Origin: Octopus vulgaris
Taxonomy: Eukaryota
DNA length: 64,000 nt
Assembly (NCBI GenBank): GCA_951406725.2
Contig: OX597831.1
Coordinates: forward strand, 71,672,001-71,736,000
Direction of reading: 5' to 3'
Below are positions 14,501 through 26,091 of this stretch, piece by piece; the first letter of the stretch is position 1, and every line of letters starts with the position of its first letter. The notes below the pieces were generated by a model that did not search any database, was not told the DNA's origin, and was given only the letters and a program-made list of their open reading frames with translations. Made by a program: the position numbers and the translations under genes.

Positions 14501-14549
14501 ACGTTAGGATTGCGGAAAATAAAGTACTAATCAAATGCTAAAATAAAAT

Positions 14550-14795
14550 AATAAATGCGCCCTTTTAAAGCCTAACCAGGCTCTTGGGCCCGGTTTCTAT
14601 GCTGTATATGTTCCCCAGCTGGACGGGACACCAGTCCATCGCAGCGTTACTCATTTTTGCCAGTCGAGTGGACTGGAACAACGTGAAATGAAGTGTTTTG
14701 CTCAAGAACACAACGCGTCTCCCGGTCCAGGAATCGAAACCACAACCTTACGATCATGATGCTAACACCCTAACCACTAAGCCACGCGCCTCCAC
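14550..14795 (-). mobile_element. SINE family D (tRNA head plus CORE-like segment); other minus-strand copies at 12805-12945, 42290-42450, 49105-49427, 55512-55758
   Basis: GGAGGCGCGTGGCTTAGTGGTTAGG head, GGTTTCGATTCC B-box, central gttcttgagcaaaacacttcatttcacgttg..ccagtccactc segment. Confidence 0.85.
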
Positions 14796-15417
14796 ATCAA
14801 TCAAACACTGAGGTAGATGTAATTGGTTGCCGATTTATGCCAACATTCAAGAAGCTAGTGCAAATATTTCGTCACACTACCAAGGGTGGGAAAGCGAAGA
14901 TGTTGAAGTGATGTATACCTCGGAGCAGACTGTTGTCTCATCTATATTATCCACCTGCATCGTTCTGTAATAATCTTTTCTACTATAGAGACAAGGACTG
15001 ATATTTTGGGAGATGGGGTTGCCGATTATGTGGACTCCAGTTCTCAATAGGTACTTGTTTCATAGACCAATAGAATGAAAGGCAAAGTCGACCTAGGCGG
15101 AATTTCAACTCAGAACGTTGAGATGAACGAAATGCCGCTAAGCACTTTTCTCGACGCGCTATCGATTCTGCCAGCTCGCCGCCTCATAACATCCTATTTT
15201 ACTGGTTTCAAATTTTGGCACAGAACCAACGATTTTTGAAGTGGGAGGTATTCGATTACACTCCGAAAGGACGAAAGGCAAAGTCGACCTCGGCAGAATT
15301 TGAGCCCTGAACGCCAAGACGGACGAAATGCCGCTAAGCATTTTATCTGGCTTGCTAAAGATTCTTCCATCTCGCCGCCTTATAACATTCTATAATACTG
15401 ACAGCAAAATATGCGCG

Positions 15418-15450
<33 letters not shown>

Positions 15451-16014
15451 CTACACACACACAACTACACACGCACACGTACATATATCCACTCTCCCTT
15501 TCTTCATTTCTCGTTCCCTCCCCACTCTCTAAATCTAGGTCCGCACTAAACTGTATAACGCATAAAGAAGAACAGTTATTTTTACTCTGTACAGATAGAA
15601 GTTCATTTCACCCCTAGTACTACAATTCTCTCCACATCTGACCACAGCAGAAAAAAGTGATGTTTTCGGGGAGATCAGCTCACGTAAATTGACTTCCTAG
15701 TAGTTGTTGTTGTTGTTTAGAACCGCTCAGACCTAATCGAGTGAACCTATGATCAAAGGCATCCCAGCCGTGGCCGTTCTGTTTCAGGACTACATTATCC
15801 AACGGCTCCCTTCTTTTTTTTAAGATGGTAGGATGGGAGATGAAGACTTGGCTGCTATTTCTAGCAGATTTAGCAATTATGTAGTGGCTCCTTTGTTCAA
15901 CATAAAAATTGAATAAACAGATGTGGGAATATAAAGATGTGAATGTTTTAGCAATGATGACCAAGAAACAAGAACTAATTGTTTTCCTTCACTTTATACG
16001 ATACATAGTTATAT

Positions 16015-16430
16015 ATTTCTTTATTGCCCACAAGGGGCTAAACATAGAGGGGACAAACAAGGACATACAAAGGGATTAAGTCGGTTACAATGACCCCAGT
16101 ACGAAACTGGTACTTTATTTATCTACCCCGAAAGGATGAAAGGCAAAGTCGACCTCGACGGAATTTGAACTCAGAACGTAACGACAGACGAAATACCTAT
16201 TTCTTTACTACCCACAAGGAGCTAAACACAGAAGGGACAAACGAGGACAGACAAACGGATTAAGTCGATTATATCGACCCCAGTGCGTAACTGGTACTTA
16301 ATTTATCTACCCCGAAAGGATGAAAGGCAAAGTAGACCTCGGCGGAATTTGAACTCAGAACGTAACGACAGACGAAATACCGCTAAGCATTTCGCCCGGC
16401 GCGCCAACGTGTCTGCCAGCTCGCCGCCTT
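16015..16430 (-). mobile_element. SINE family B dimer with TSD, just downstream of the GPCR 1 stop codon
   Basis: 14-bp TSD ATACATAGTTATAT (16001-16014, 16435-16448). Confidence 0.9.
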
Positions 16431-16484
16431 TACAATACATAGTTATATGTAGGAAAAAAAAAATCAGCCACATGATGTTCAAGT

Positions 16485-17588
16485 TCATTGCAAATTCAAG
16501 CTATACTTACCTCGGCGAAAGATTTTCTCAAATATTTTACATAATTCTCTCCGAAAGCGGATATTTAAAAGTCCATAAATGAATGGGTTGGCAACGCAGC
16601 TCATGAAGTATGAACGAATTGCTAGTTCGTATGGAACATAACTTTTGCTTTTTGTATAAACTCCCCGTCTATGAACGATTGTCCACAGGGTTGCAATATA
16701 ATGAGGCAAATAGCTGACAATCCAGACTAATGAAACGATAAAAAATACTATATTTGTTTTTTTAATTAACTTTTCTTTTTCTTTAAATGCTTCGTTAAGT
16801 TGATCAATCTTATATGGTTTCATTGTAACGTGCGGCACAGTAACCCTTTCCTCCATCTCGTTGGGTTCTTCTTCTTCTGAAGGTTCTCTTGTACGTTCAT
16901 TTATTTTCTGTAATTCTTTCATCCTTCTTCTCTTATATCTCCAAACACACAGCGCAATACGGTAATACAGTACCATGAGAATGCTAAAAACAAAGAGATT
17001 CAAACCTAGCAATGTGCAATAATAATATAGAGGGTAGATTTCATGAATATTGTCCTCAGCATACGAACAAACTTCTACAGTAATTCCGCGTACGCCAGTC
17101 CATATCGTTCTTTTGCCGAAAACCCAAACTGCGGGTATGGATAACAAGAAGGAGATTATAAACATTAAAGGCACCATTTTCATTGCCAGGCGGCGAGATA
17201 TATGTCTCCGAAAAGGTTGGCACACTCGCAAATATCTTTCTACTGCTATACAGAAGATAATTCCTGCGGCCAATATTGTTCCTATAGCGAAACTAAAATT
17301 TTCCAAATGACACAGGAATTCACTATAAAAGGTCAACGAGAAACGTAGAGAAATAATGTCAAAAGGCATATACATTGTACAGCATAGTAAATCACATATG
17401 CCAAGAGCTGCCACAAAAAGATTTGTTGCCGTTCTCCTCATTTTTCGATAAAATATATAAACTACAGCGCCGTTTCCGAGAGTACCTAATGTCAAACATA
17501 CTGAAACGTAAAATATCACAGGTATATTTACAACTAATTGCTCATTATTTAAGTTAAATAAAGTTCTATCTTTACTTTCCTGGTCCAT
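16485..17588 (-). CDS. Class A (rhodopsin-like) GPCR, 367 aa, orphan peptide-receptor-like (the type usually annotated CCK/orexin-receptor-like); uninterrupted CDS
   Basis: Seven hydrophobic segments with family motifs: TM1 GN (LGTLGNGAV), TM2 LGICDLL, TM3 Cys and ERY (AVERYLRVCQP), ECL2 Cys (VEVCS), TM6 WIVSYLP, TM7 NPFIY, helix 8 FRREL. The ligand cannot be determined from sequence. Confidence 0.95.
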   Translation of the reverse strand: MDQESKDRTLFNLNNEQLVVNIPVIFYVSVCLTLGTLGNGAVVYIFYRKMRRTATNLFVAALGICDLLCCTMYMPFDIISLRFSLTFYSEFLCHLENFSFAIGTILAAGIIFCIAVERYLRVCQPFRRHISRRLAMKMVPLMFIISFLLSIPAVWVFGKRTIWTGVRGITVEVCSYAEDNIHEIYPLYYYCTLLGLNLFVFSILMVLYYRIALCVWRYKRRRMKELQKINERTREPSEEEEPNEMEERVTVPHVTMKPYKIDQLNEAFKEKEKLIKKTNIVFFIVSLVWIVSYLPHYIATLWTIVHRRGVYTKSKSYVPYELAIRSYFMSCVANPFIYGLLNIRFRRELCKIFEKIFRRGKYSLNLQ

Positions 17589-17628
17589 GTATCGATGTCA
17601 ATATGTCAAAGATATATCCACGTCTTCC

Positions 17629-17688
17629 TTACGGCTTTTTCCATGAAATGTGCTTTGAAAATTTTGAAGAAAACCTTTGAGTTCTCAT
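17629..17688 (-). promoter_or_regulatory. uORF MRTQRFSSKFSKHISWKKP* upstream of GPCR 1
   Basis: ATG at 17688, TAA at 17631-17629; homologous to the uORF upstream of GPCR 2. Confidence 0.55.
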
Positions 17689-19289
17689 AGAGTATGATAA
17701 AATTTTCAGGATTTGTAAAAGATACTGATATATAAATATTGTAGTTCCAAAAATTTAGAATATTCCACTTAAAGGCAACATATTAAACTGATGTAGATTG
17801 ATTAATATGGCTAAAAGAGAAAAATGTTTGGAATATTATTTATAAATGTGAAAATGTAGATATTTGTAAATGGTGTCGTTAAAATTTAAATCCCTGCAAG
17901 TTGCTTTGATTTTATGATTAGAAGATATTCTAACTGTGTAATGAAATATCTATTTACTATTCTGAGGCAACATATAATCGTTGGATTTCTATTAGTATAA
18001 TAAGAAATATGTTCCATTCTTGGACTAAAACTTCTGCAAGAAGTTAAAGCATTTATCGAATTATTTGAAATCCGGATGTGACGCCATTGTGACGTTATAA
18101 TAATGTCCTTGATAATAAAACAAAGGCGTAAATGATAACTATGAGACTTATGTGATAAAAATGTATTTTATGAAGCCAAGTCGAACTGACAAGAAAGATA
18201 CGAAAGAAAAATAATATAAAAAATATAAATCCAGGAAACCCCTTGGTACACGTACATATCATAGCTATTTAGTAAATCGTACGAACCGTTATAAACACAG
18301 GTTTTCTGTAAACACTACAGTTATGATACTCAAATTGTTACAAATACTAATTTTTTTAATCACTGACGATCTCGCATGATACCTTCTCATGCGAAAACCG
18401 TAACTCAAAGACTAGATTGGCTCGTTAGAAATAGAAAATATTTCAGCCCCGATCAGTTGCTGAGCTTCTATAATGCTCAAACTATGAACAAACGTTCGAA
18501 TTGTATCAATCTCTTATCACCTCGTCGATTTGTTCACAGTGCATAGACATATCAGTATTGCACCAACCTGCCGAGCAGCTCCACCTCCTCCTTTAGCAAT
18601 AAAAAAGAAACTCTTTGAACGACTCGGATTACACTGAGAAAGGAAGGACACACCGGATAGAGTAATTCTAAAACAAAAATAATACAAAACTAAGATAATC
18701 ATGCGTTTGTGTTTTATTACCAGCATATTACTCTACCCAATACATTTAACATACAATTGTCCAGTCCCATAGTGGTGTATCATTATCATGGACATATGCA
18801 TAATCGTGTTGCTAAGTAGTTGAAGTCCACAGTGACATCACATGCCTCTGGATTCAACCTCCTTCTGCGACACCTATAGCATTGGTCTGCCACCATAACC
18901 TAGAATCAATCCAAGGAGTCTATAAGGTTGCAAGCAATGTGACCTAAGGTTAGCTCGGTATATACTCATGCACTGCTTCATGCTGCAGCACCCATGGTCC
19001 CGCGGCTCCTTCAAACACTCATGGTCTCTGAGGCCAAGAGAAGGTGGTGTGTTGTACCATTTAATTTTTGGTTTATCAATAAGAATAAAGGTTCGGTTCG
19101 TCGATGGAAAAACATTGTTTCGTCAAACGTGTGTTCCTCAGCTTAATGTGTAATGGATATGGTTCGGGGGCCAAGAACACTGAAAGTATCCACTACCTTT
19201 GCTGATCTTGGGAAAGTCTCATCTCCCTACTGTCTTGAGACCCCATTCGATGTGCTGCAGCATGCGTTTGAAAAACTGGGGAAAGTATC

Positions 19290-19549
19290 ATAAATATTAT
19301 AGAAATAAGATGACCTTGGTGTTATCACATTAGAATTGAATGTGAATAAAAGTGAAATAATATAGGCTTAGTTATCACATTAAAATGAAAATTGAAAGAA
19401 TACCGAACCAGTCCCAATGTTTATATTGTTTTAATTCAAATGAAAAAAATTACATGTTGACAATCTCGGGGTCTGATACTATCACTTTGTAAAATCTGAT
19501 TTGATTTGGTAGAGCCGTTTGAGAATGCATAGGGAACAGACAGACAAAG

Positions 19550-19585
<36 letters not shown>
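19290..19585 (+). mobile_element. Possible Helitron/Helentron-derived non-autonomous 3' end
   Basis: gtaaaatctgatttgatttggtagagccgtttgagaatgcatagggaacagacagac followed by (TA)n resembles DINE-1/Lep1-type ends (recognition from memory only). Confidence 0.35.
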
Positions 19586-19589
<4 letters not shown>

Positions 19590-19934
19590 TATAAGCATTG
19601 TTTACACAGGGAAGAGCCTTGGCAGCCGACATACAATTCATATGATTATAAAATATAGCAATTTCAAACTTTGGCATAAGTCCAGCAATTTCGGCTGAGG
19701 GGGTAAGTCGATTTATTGACCCCAGTGTTCAAGTCTCAGGGAAGGGACAGAGTCGATTATATCGACCCCAGTGTTCAACTAGTACTTATTTTATGGACTT
19801 CGTAAGAATGAAAAGCAAACTTGACCTCGGTGGAATTTAAGCTCAGAACGTAGGGACGGACGAAATGCTAACTAGCATTTTGCTGAGAGTGCTAACGAGT
19901 CTGTCCGCTCGCTGCTTTATAATTATAGAATATA

Positions 19935-20473
19935 CAGTAAAGCCTCGACATTCGAGTTACTTTGTACCCAGAGGCCGCTGGTTAAGCAAAAACTCGAAAA
20001 GCAGAGCAACAATCTCCCATAGTAGTAATGTTATATCGTAATTTGTTCTCAAAAGATATTTAAACTATGAAATTTATAATATTCGTAAATGAATGGCGAT
20101 AATACAACAGTAGAATGTAAAGAATATTTTATAGAAAGTGTGAAAGGAATGTCAAGACCATTTATAATAAAGATATATTTTATAATAGTTTTCTGAATCG
20201 CTTTCACACGCTCACACCATCACTTGTAGATTCGCTCGCAGATTCACATACACTCGTAGACATACTTGTAGATTTCTCTATAAAAAAAGTCTAGAGTTGT
20301 TTAAAAGAAGCTTTTTTCGCTCTCTATAAATTTCTCGGTAACACGCAGAAGCGTTTGTTACGGTAGTAGAAACTGTTGCACTTCGTTCAAAATTTGGATC
20401 TTGTGCTTGAGATATAAAAACTCGTAAACCCAGAGTCTCGTAAAGGGGGTCCTCATAAAGTGAGTTATTATTA
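19935..20473 (-). mobile_element. Old Tigger-like non-autonomous element
   Basis: TA-CAGTAAAGCCTCG left end, degenerate right end with repeated ctcgtaaa motifs, and a TLDFF-like C-terminal remnant on the minus strand near 20285. Confidence 0.45.
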
Positions 20474-20516
20474 TATTACAAAATGATATTTAAGTCGGTT
20501 TAATTTACCTTGGCGC

Positions 20517-20616
<100 letters not shown>

Positions 20617-21054
20617 GATTAAAAAATACACATTAATAACAGGACATCACCAACGAACGAAAAATATGTAAACACACGAAAGAAAAGTACAGGACAAAAG
20701 AAGATAACTCGCTCATCAGTTGTTGGATTGTTTATTACTCCCTATTTTGTGCTTTTAACAAGATAGGAAAACTTCATAAGGCAGCAGCATCCAGAAATTT
20801 TTGAAATAAAAAATCTGTGGAGAGTTAGGGCTTCGAATAAACAAACAACAACAGAATGGACGTACAGAGTAAACAATCGACGAAGAAAAACATTAAGAGC
20901 CGTTAGGTCAAGACGAATTGTAATGGTTAACACCAAGGAGAGATTTTGAAAGGATATAGGATAAATAGAAGAGAAGAAAATAGTAGAAGAGAAACAAAAT
21001 GTTGAGAAGCAGGAGAATAATAAAACTGTTGTCATCTTTGGCGACACGGGTATA

Positions 21055-21471
21055 CTCTTTATTCTTTTACTTGTTTCAGTCATTTGACTGCGGCCATGCT
21101 GGAGCACAGCCTTTAGTCGAGCAAATCGACCCCGGGACTTATTCTTTGTAAGCTCAGTACTTATTCTATCGGTCTCTTTTGCCGAACCGCTGAGTAACGG
21201 GGATGTAAACACACCAGCATCGGTTGTCAAGCAATGCTAGGGGGACAAACACAGACACACAAACAAACACACACACACATACATATATACATATATATAC
21301 ATATATACGACAGGCTTCTTTCAGTTTCCGTCTACCAAATCCACTCACAAGGCATTGGTCGGCCCGGGGCTATAGCAGAAGACACTTGCCCAAGATGCCA
21401 TGCAGTGGGACTGAACCCGGAACCATGTGGTTGGTTAGCAAGCTACTTACCACACAGCCACTCCTGCGCCT
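21055..21471 (-). mobile_element. SINE family A, full length, young
   Basis: Reverse complement of the family consensus. Confidence 0.9.
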
Positions 21472-21700
21472 ATGTAATATATTTACTGTGTGTCAGCTAC
21501 AACGCTTTCATTCTCTATATCACTTCTGTTTTGTACCACCAGTACTGAAGAGTCGGTAGAGTTTTCAAACGTACTATGGTCTAATACAATAGCGATAATC
21601 TGGAATTGAACAAAGTTGGTTTTACATTTTGCTCTGAGCCCCTGAAGTATTAGAAAATTGCAACTGTCCACTTCCACCTGTCTCCTTTGTATGCTTACTT

Positions 21701-22116
21701 GGATCGATTCGGTTTGAACGGCAGTTTCTTTAAAATAATTTCCACGTAACTAAACACTTTTAAACATCGTATACTGGTAGAATGTGTTTATAAAACATCT
21801 TTTTTTCTTGGCTTTATTGAGAAAAATCTTTTTTGTAAGATATTTGTTGTTTTTTTTCTTCAATTTCTGCAATTTCAACCAATCAATGACGTCTATTGAG
21901 GTGAAAACATTCTGTGCCGTATGAATATTCCATCGTTTAAGAAACAGACTGGGTTTATTTACATTTGTGAAGAAAAAAATATACCCTTCGCCCCTAACCC
22001 TAACCCTAACCCTAAAACAGATTGAAATGCAATAGATCGATACTAGGGTCATAATTATGGGTGACAATTTCATATGACGCTGCTAGAAAAAACTGCCGTT
22101 CAAACCGAAAAGATCC
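21701..22116. mobile_element. MITE-like element with terminal inverted repeats and an internal (CCCTAA)n tract
   Basis: GGATCGATTCGGTTTGAACGGCAGTTT ... AAACTGCCGTTCAAACCGAAAAGATCC; four CCCTAA units at ~21992-22015; no TSD visible. Confidence 0.75.
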
Positions 22117-22513
22117 GGGAGTATTTCAGCTCCATCATATTCGATGGCATTTAGTTGGATTTACAACTTCTGACCCTCCGACATATTACCTTCACTCCTT
22201 CCCTCTCTAACTTTTCTCTTTCTCTCTCTACTACAGTGGCCTCTACACGTCGGCTCGGCTGACATCGTACCACCTCCAACCAGTTATTCCTCCTTCACTC
22301 TCTCCCTCCCCGCTACCCTTATTGTGTCCACCATTTCTCTAGTTCGTCGACCTGCACTTTAAATATTCTTTCCCCCTGCAATCCTCGATATTCATTGAGG
22401 AATGTTAATCACGTGATCTCACCGTTCTCAGGGGGCCTACGAAGGTCAATGGATACGACTTCTTTCTCTAGACATCCCTCTCTAGGAAAATAAATAGGTA
22501 AGTAGATAAGCAT

Positions 22514-23520
22514 AAGGCGCAGTCATAACTGTGTGGTTAAAAAGCTCGCATTTTTGTAACCACTTGGATTCTGGTTCAGTTCCCCTGCGCGTCATCTTGC
22601 GCACGTGACTTCTACTATAGTCCTGATCCAACCAGTTCGGTAAACGAAAACTGTGTGGAAGCCCATTGTATGTGTGTGTGTGTGTCTTTATATTTGGGTT
22701 TGTCCCCGCCATCGCTTGACCTCCGTTGTTGGTTTGTTTATGTCATCGTAAGTTAATGGTTCGGCCAAAGTGACAGGCTTCGAAAAAAAAAATGTAAAAA
22801 TGTACTGGGGTCGATTTCCTTGACTGAACCCTTCAACGCGGTGTTCCAGCATGGCTGCCGTCCAATGACTGAAGCAAAGAAAAGATATAGAATAAAAGAT
22901 AATCATTACAAAATTGAAATGAAAACAACAACCATTTCTGCGGCATTAGGCTAACGAGAAGTAAATCTGTCATTGACGAAGTTGCCAATATCTTACTCCA
23001 GAGTTTTAACGTCTTTTACAATAACCGAGTGTAACAAAGCAATGTGGAGTAAAGATTCCTAGTGCCAGCACTCATCAGAACGCAGGTAGTTCGTTTGAAA
23101 CGTTGAACAAAGAGCTGTGGTCCAGTTTAATATTCATCAAGTAATTGCTTTTTTTTATCTTTTATTACTTACTTGTTTCAGTCATTTGACTGTGGTCATA
23201 CTGGGGCATTGCCTTGAAGATTTTTTTTTTTTTGGCGAATGAATTGAACGCAGTTTTTTCTTTTCTTTTAAAGCCTGGTACTTATTCTATCGATCTATTT
23301 TGTCGAGCCGCTAAGTATACGGAGACTTAAACACACCAGCACCGGTTGTCAAGCGGTAAGGAGGAACAAATGCAGACACACACACATATAACGGGCATCT
23401 TCCATTTTTCGTCTATCGAATCCAGTTACAAAGCTTTTATTGGTACCAGATTATAAGACACTTGCGCAAGGTGTCACGAAGTGGGATTGAACCTGGAGTC
23501 ACATGACTGCTCGCACCTTC
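22514..23520. mobile_element. Two diverged SINE A copies, tail to tail (22514-22900 plus, 23165-23520 minus)
   Basis: Family match in opposite orientations. Confidence 0.75.
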
Positions 23521-24048
23521 ACTTCTATACCCCTATATTTACATGTTTTTTTAAAACAAGTTTTAGTAGAGAACGTTATTGTCTTAAGTAATCTGAAATA
23601 GTTATATGAGATCGAACCTAAATGGTGGCCTCAATTACAGTGGACATCCATTTTTCTGCACTGTACCCTAATTAATAAGGGAGTTCAAATATGATTTAAT
23701 GATCTTCATACATATTTTTGGAAGAAACCAGTAGCGACATAATTGAAATAAAATGGACATCACCGAGATAGATAATGGATTGAAACTTCAACACGCCCGG
23801 AGCATTCGTGTTTTTCTTCGTGGGCCTACTAAATCAGAAATAAATATGTATAATTTTTACATTAACACAAACTATAAGATGAGACAAGTTGATGTGAGAA
23901 TTGTACCTTTGTCATGGCTGTGTGATTAAGAAGATAATTTTTCAACCGTGTGCTTAAGTAAGTGTCTTCTACTGTAGCCCCGGACCGAGCAATGCCCGGG
24001 TGAATTTGGTAGCTGGAAACTGTGTGTAATCACATCGTATGTATGTAT

Positions 24049-24092
<44 letters not shown>

Positions 24093-24170
24093 TTATATTT
24101 ATATTTATATAGGTATATACGACGGGACTCCACACAGTTTCCGGCAGATTACACAGAAACACGCACACAC

Positions 24171-24235
<65 letters not shown>

Positions 24236-24329
24236 TATATATATGTGTATATATGTATGTATATATATGTATATATATATATAGATGTATGTATGTATAT
24301 ATATATATGTATACATATATATATATACA

Positions 24330-24993
24330 CACTCTCTTTCTCTCTTCCCTCTTTCTCTCTTCTCTTTCTCTCTTCTCTCCTCCTCTCTCTCCTCACATAC
24401 CAACCTTCCCCTCCCCCATAAGCCCACCCACCCCTACACATTCCTACTCCACCTTCCCATCCCCCCATCCCATCCCCCATCCTATCCCACACACCCTCTC
24501 CCACATATTCCATCTCTACCCCCACCCTATGCCTACCCATAAATCCCAACTCTACCCCAACCCTCAGCCGAACCCACACTACACTATACAACATTATACA
24601 TCACATCACAAAGCACCACCCACACACCCATCCCCACATTTTCCCACCTACACATACATACACTCACACGTCCAGACCACCAGCCCTCTTTCACACGCTC
24701 ATACATACTCTCTTATACACACACGCACCTTCGTGTTGTGGGGGGAATCTTTACTTTGTTATCTCCCCTACTTTCCCTCTCGTGTGTGACCCTTCTGTCC
24801 GAAGTCAGTCGCCATGATAGATCGTTAGCCACTACACATAATTTTTTTCTCTCCTTGTTTTTTCTGTGTCCCTTTCTGTAGAAGAGCGTAGGCTCGAAAC
24901 GTAAAATACTTTTTCTATTCCTGAGCGTTATACTAATACATCTGTTTGTTTTGTACACCATCTGTCTTCGTCTTTTGTTTTTTCGTAAACTCT

Positions 24994-24998
<5 letters not shown>
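24330..24998 (+). mobile_element. (TA)n-inserted repeat family E, copy 1 (Penelope-like end with an atypical hammerhead motif)
   Basis: 24830-24998 is the reverse complement of 55316-55485 and related to 40708-40900; contains CTGTAGA-A-GAGC-GTAG-GCTC-GAAACGTA. The left boundary is uncertain. Confidence 0.6.
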
Positions 24999-25037
<39 letters not shown>

Positions 25038-25101
25038 GTATGTATATATTTGTATTATATATATATATACACGCACAGATACACCTGATATATATATATG
25101 T

Positions 25102-25168
<67 letters not shown>

Positions 25169-25171
<3 letters not shown>

Positions 25172-25913
25172 TCAACTCTCGCTACTATGCCACTTGTAAA
25201 CTGAAGCGCATGCAACTTTTCGAAATTTTGTACTCCTACATTTTGTACATTTCGCATTTGTAATCTTGTGGAAAAGTTCAGAAAGTAGCACACAATGTCA
25301 GCTCAGAAACGCAAGCGGACTGAGTTTACGCTGAAGGAAAAGAAGGAGATTGTCGATGCTGCGAAAAACGTTATTGTCGGGCCCCTCGTATCATTAGTAA
25401 TATCTGATACAAGTTACCGCCCTTGTATTGTCCGACATGTTTCACTCTAGAAGAAATAGCAAAGGAGGTAATGCATAACGAAGAGCCGGTGGAAAGTGAA
25501 GACGACGAGGTTGGAAGAGGAATTGTGGAAGAGGAATACGTTTCGTTTGCAGATGCCCAGAGAGCATGGAGCACTATCCGAAAGTTTATGCAGCAGCAGA
25601 GCAGCGGAAAACCCAGCGTCATGCAGGCTTGTGATAGGCTAGACAACGAAATGAATGAAATCCGCCGAAAGAAGATGCGTCAGCCGACAATCTTTGAGAG
25701 CTTCGGGATTAACTAAAAGCAATCTGAACTTAATAAACTTGGATGTCTTCTTTCTACCATTGCATTGAACTTCTTATTGGCCTTACTTCCTACCCTATGA
25801 ATTTTTATTCTTATATTCAGTAAATTTTTGGTTATGTAGTGTTTAGATAACAGACCCTCGGTACTATGCCACTTTGGCTCAGTCCCGCAGGGTGGCATAG
25901 TAGCGAGAGTTGA

Positions 25914-25916
<3 letters not shown>
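25169..25916 (+). mobile_element. Internally deleted pogo/Tigger-type DNA transposon (748 bp)
   Basis: Perfect 25-bp TIR CAGTCAACTCTCGCTACTATGCCAC with TA flanks; N-terminal remnant [24 protein letters not shown] (ATG 25295, CENP-B/psq HTH-like); acidic C-terminal remnant ending RQPTIFESF; no DDE domain. Confidence 0.9.
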
Positions 25917-25969
<53 letters not shown>

Positions 25970-26038
25970 CATATGTATATATATGCTATATATATATATA
26001 TATACATATGTATGTATATATATGTATCATATATATAT

Positions 26039-26091
<53 letters not shown>

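Noticed and set aside
17050-17310. Similar antisense ORFs inside both GPCRs (also 29485-29772)
   Set aside because: Shadow of the conserved sense-strand coding sequence.
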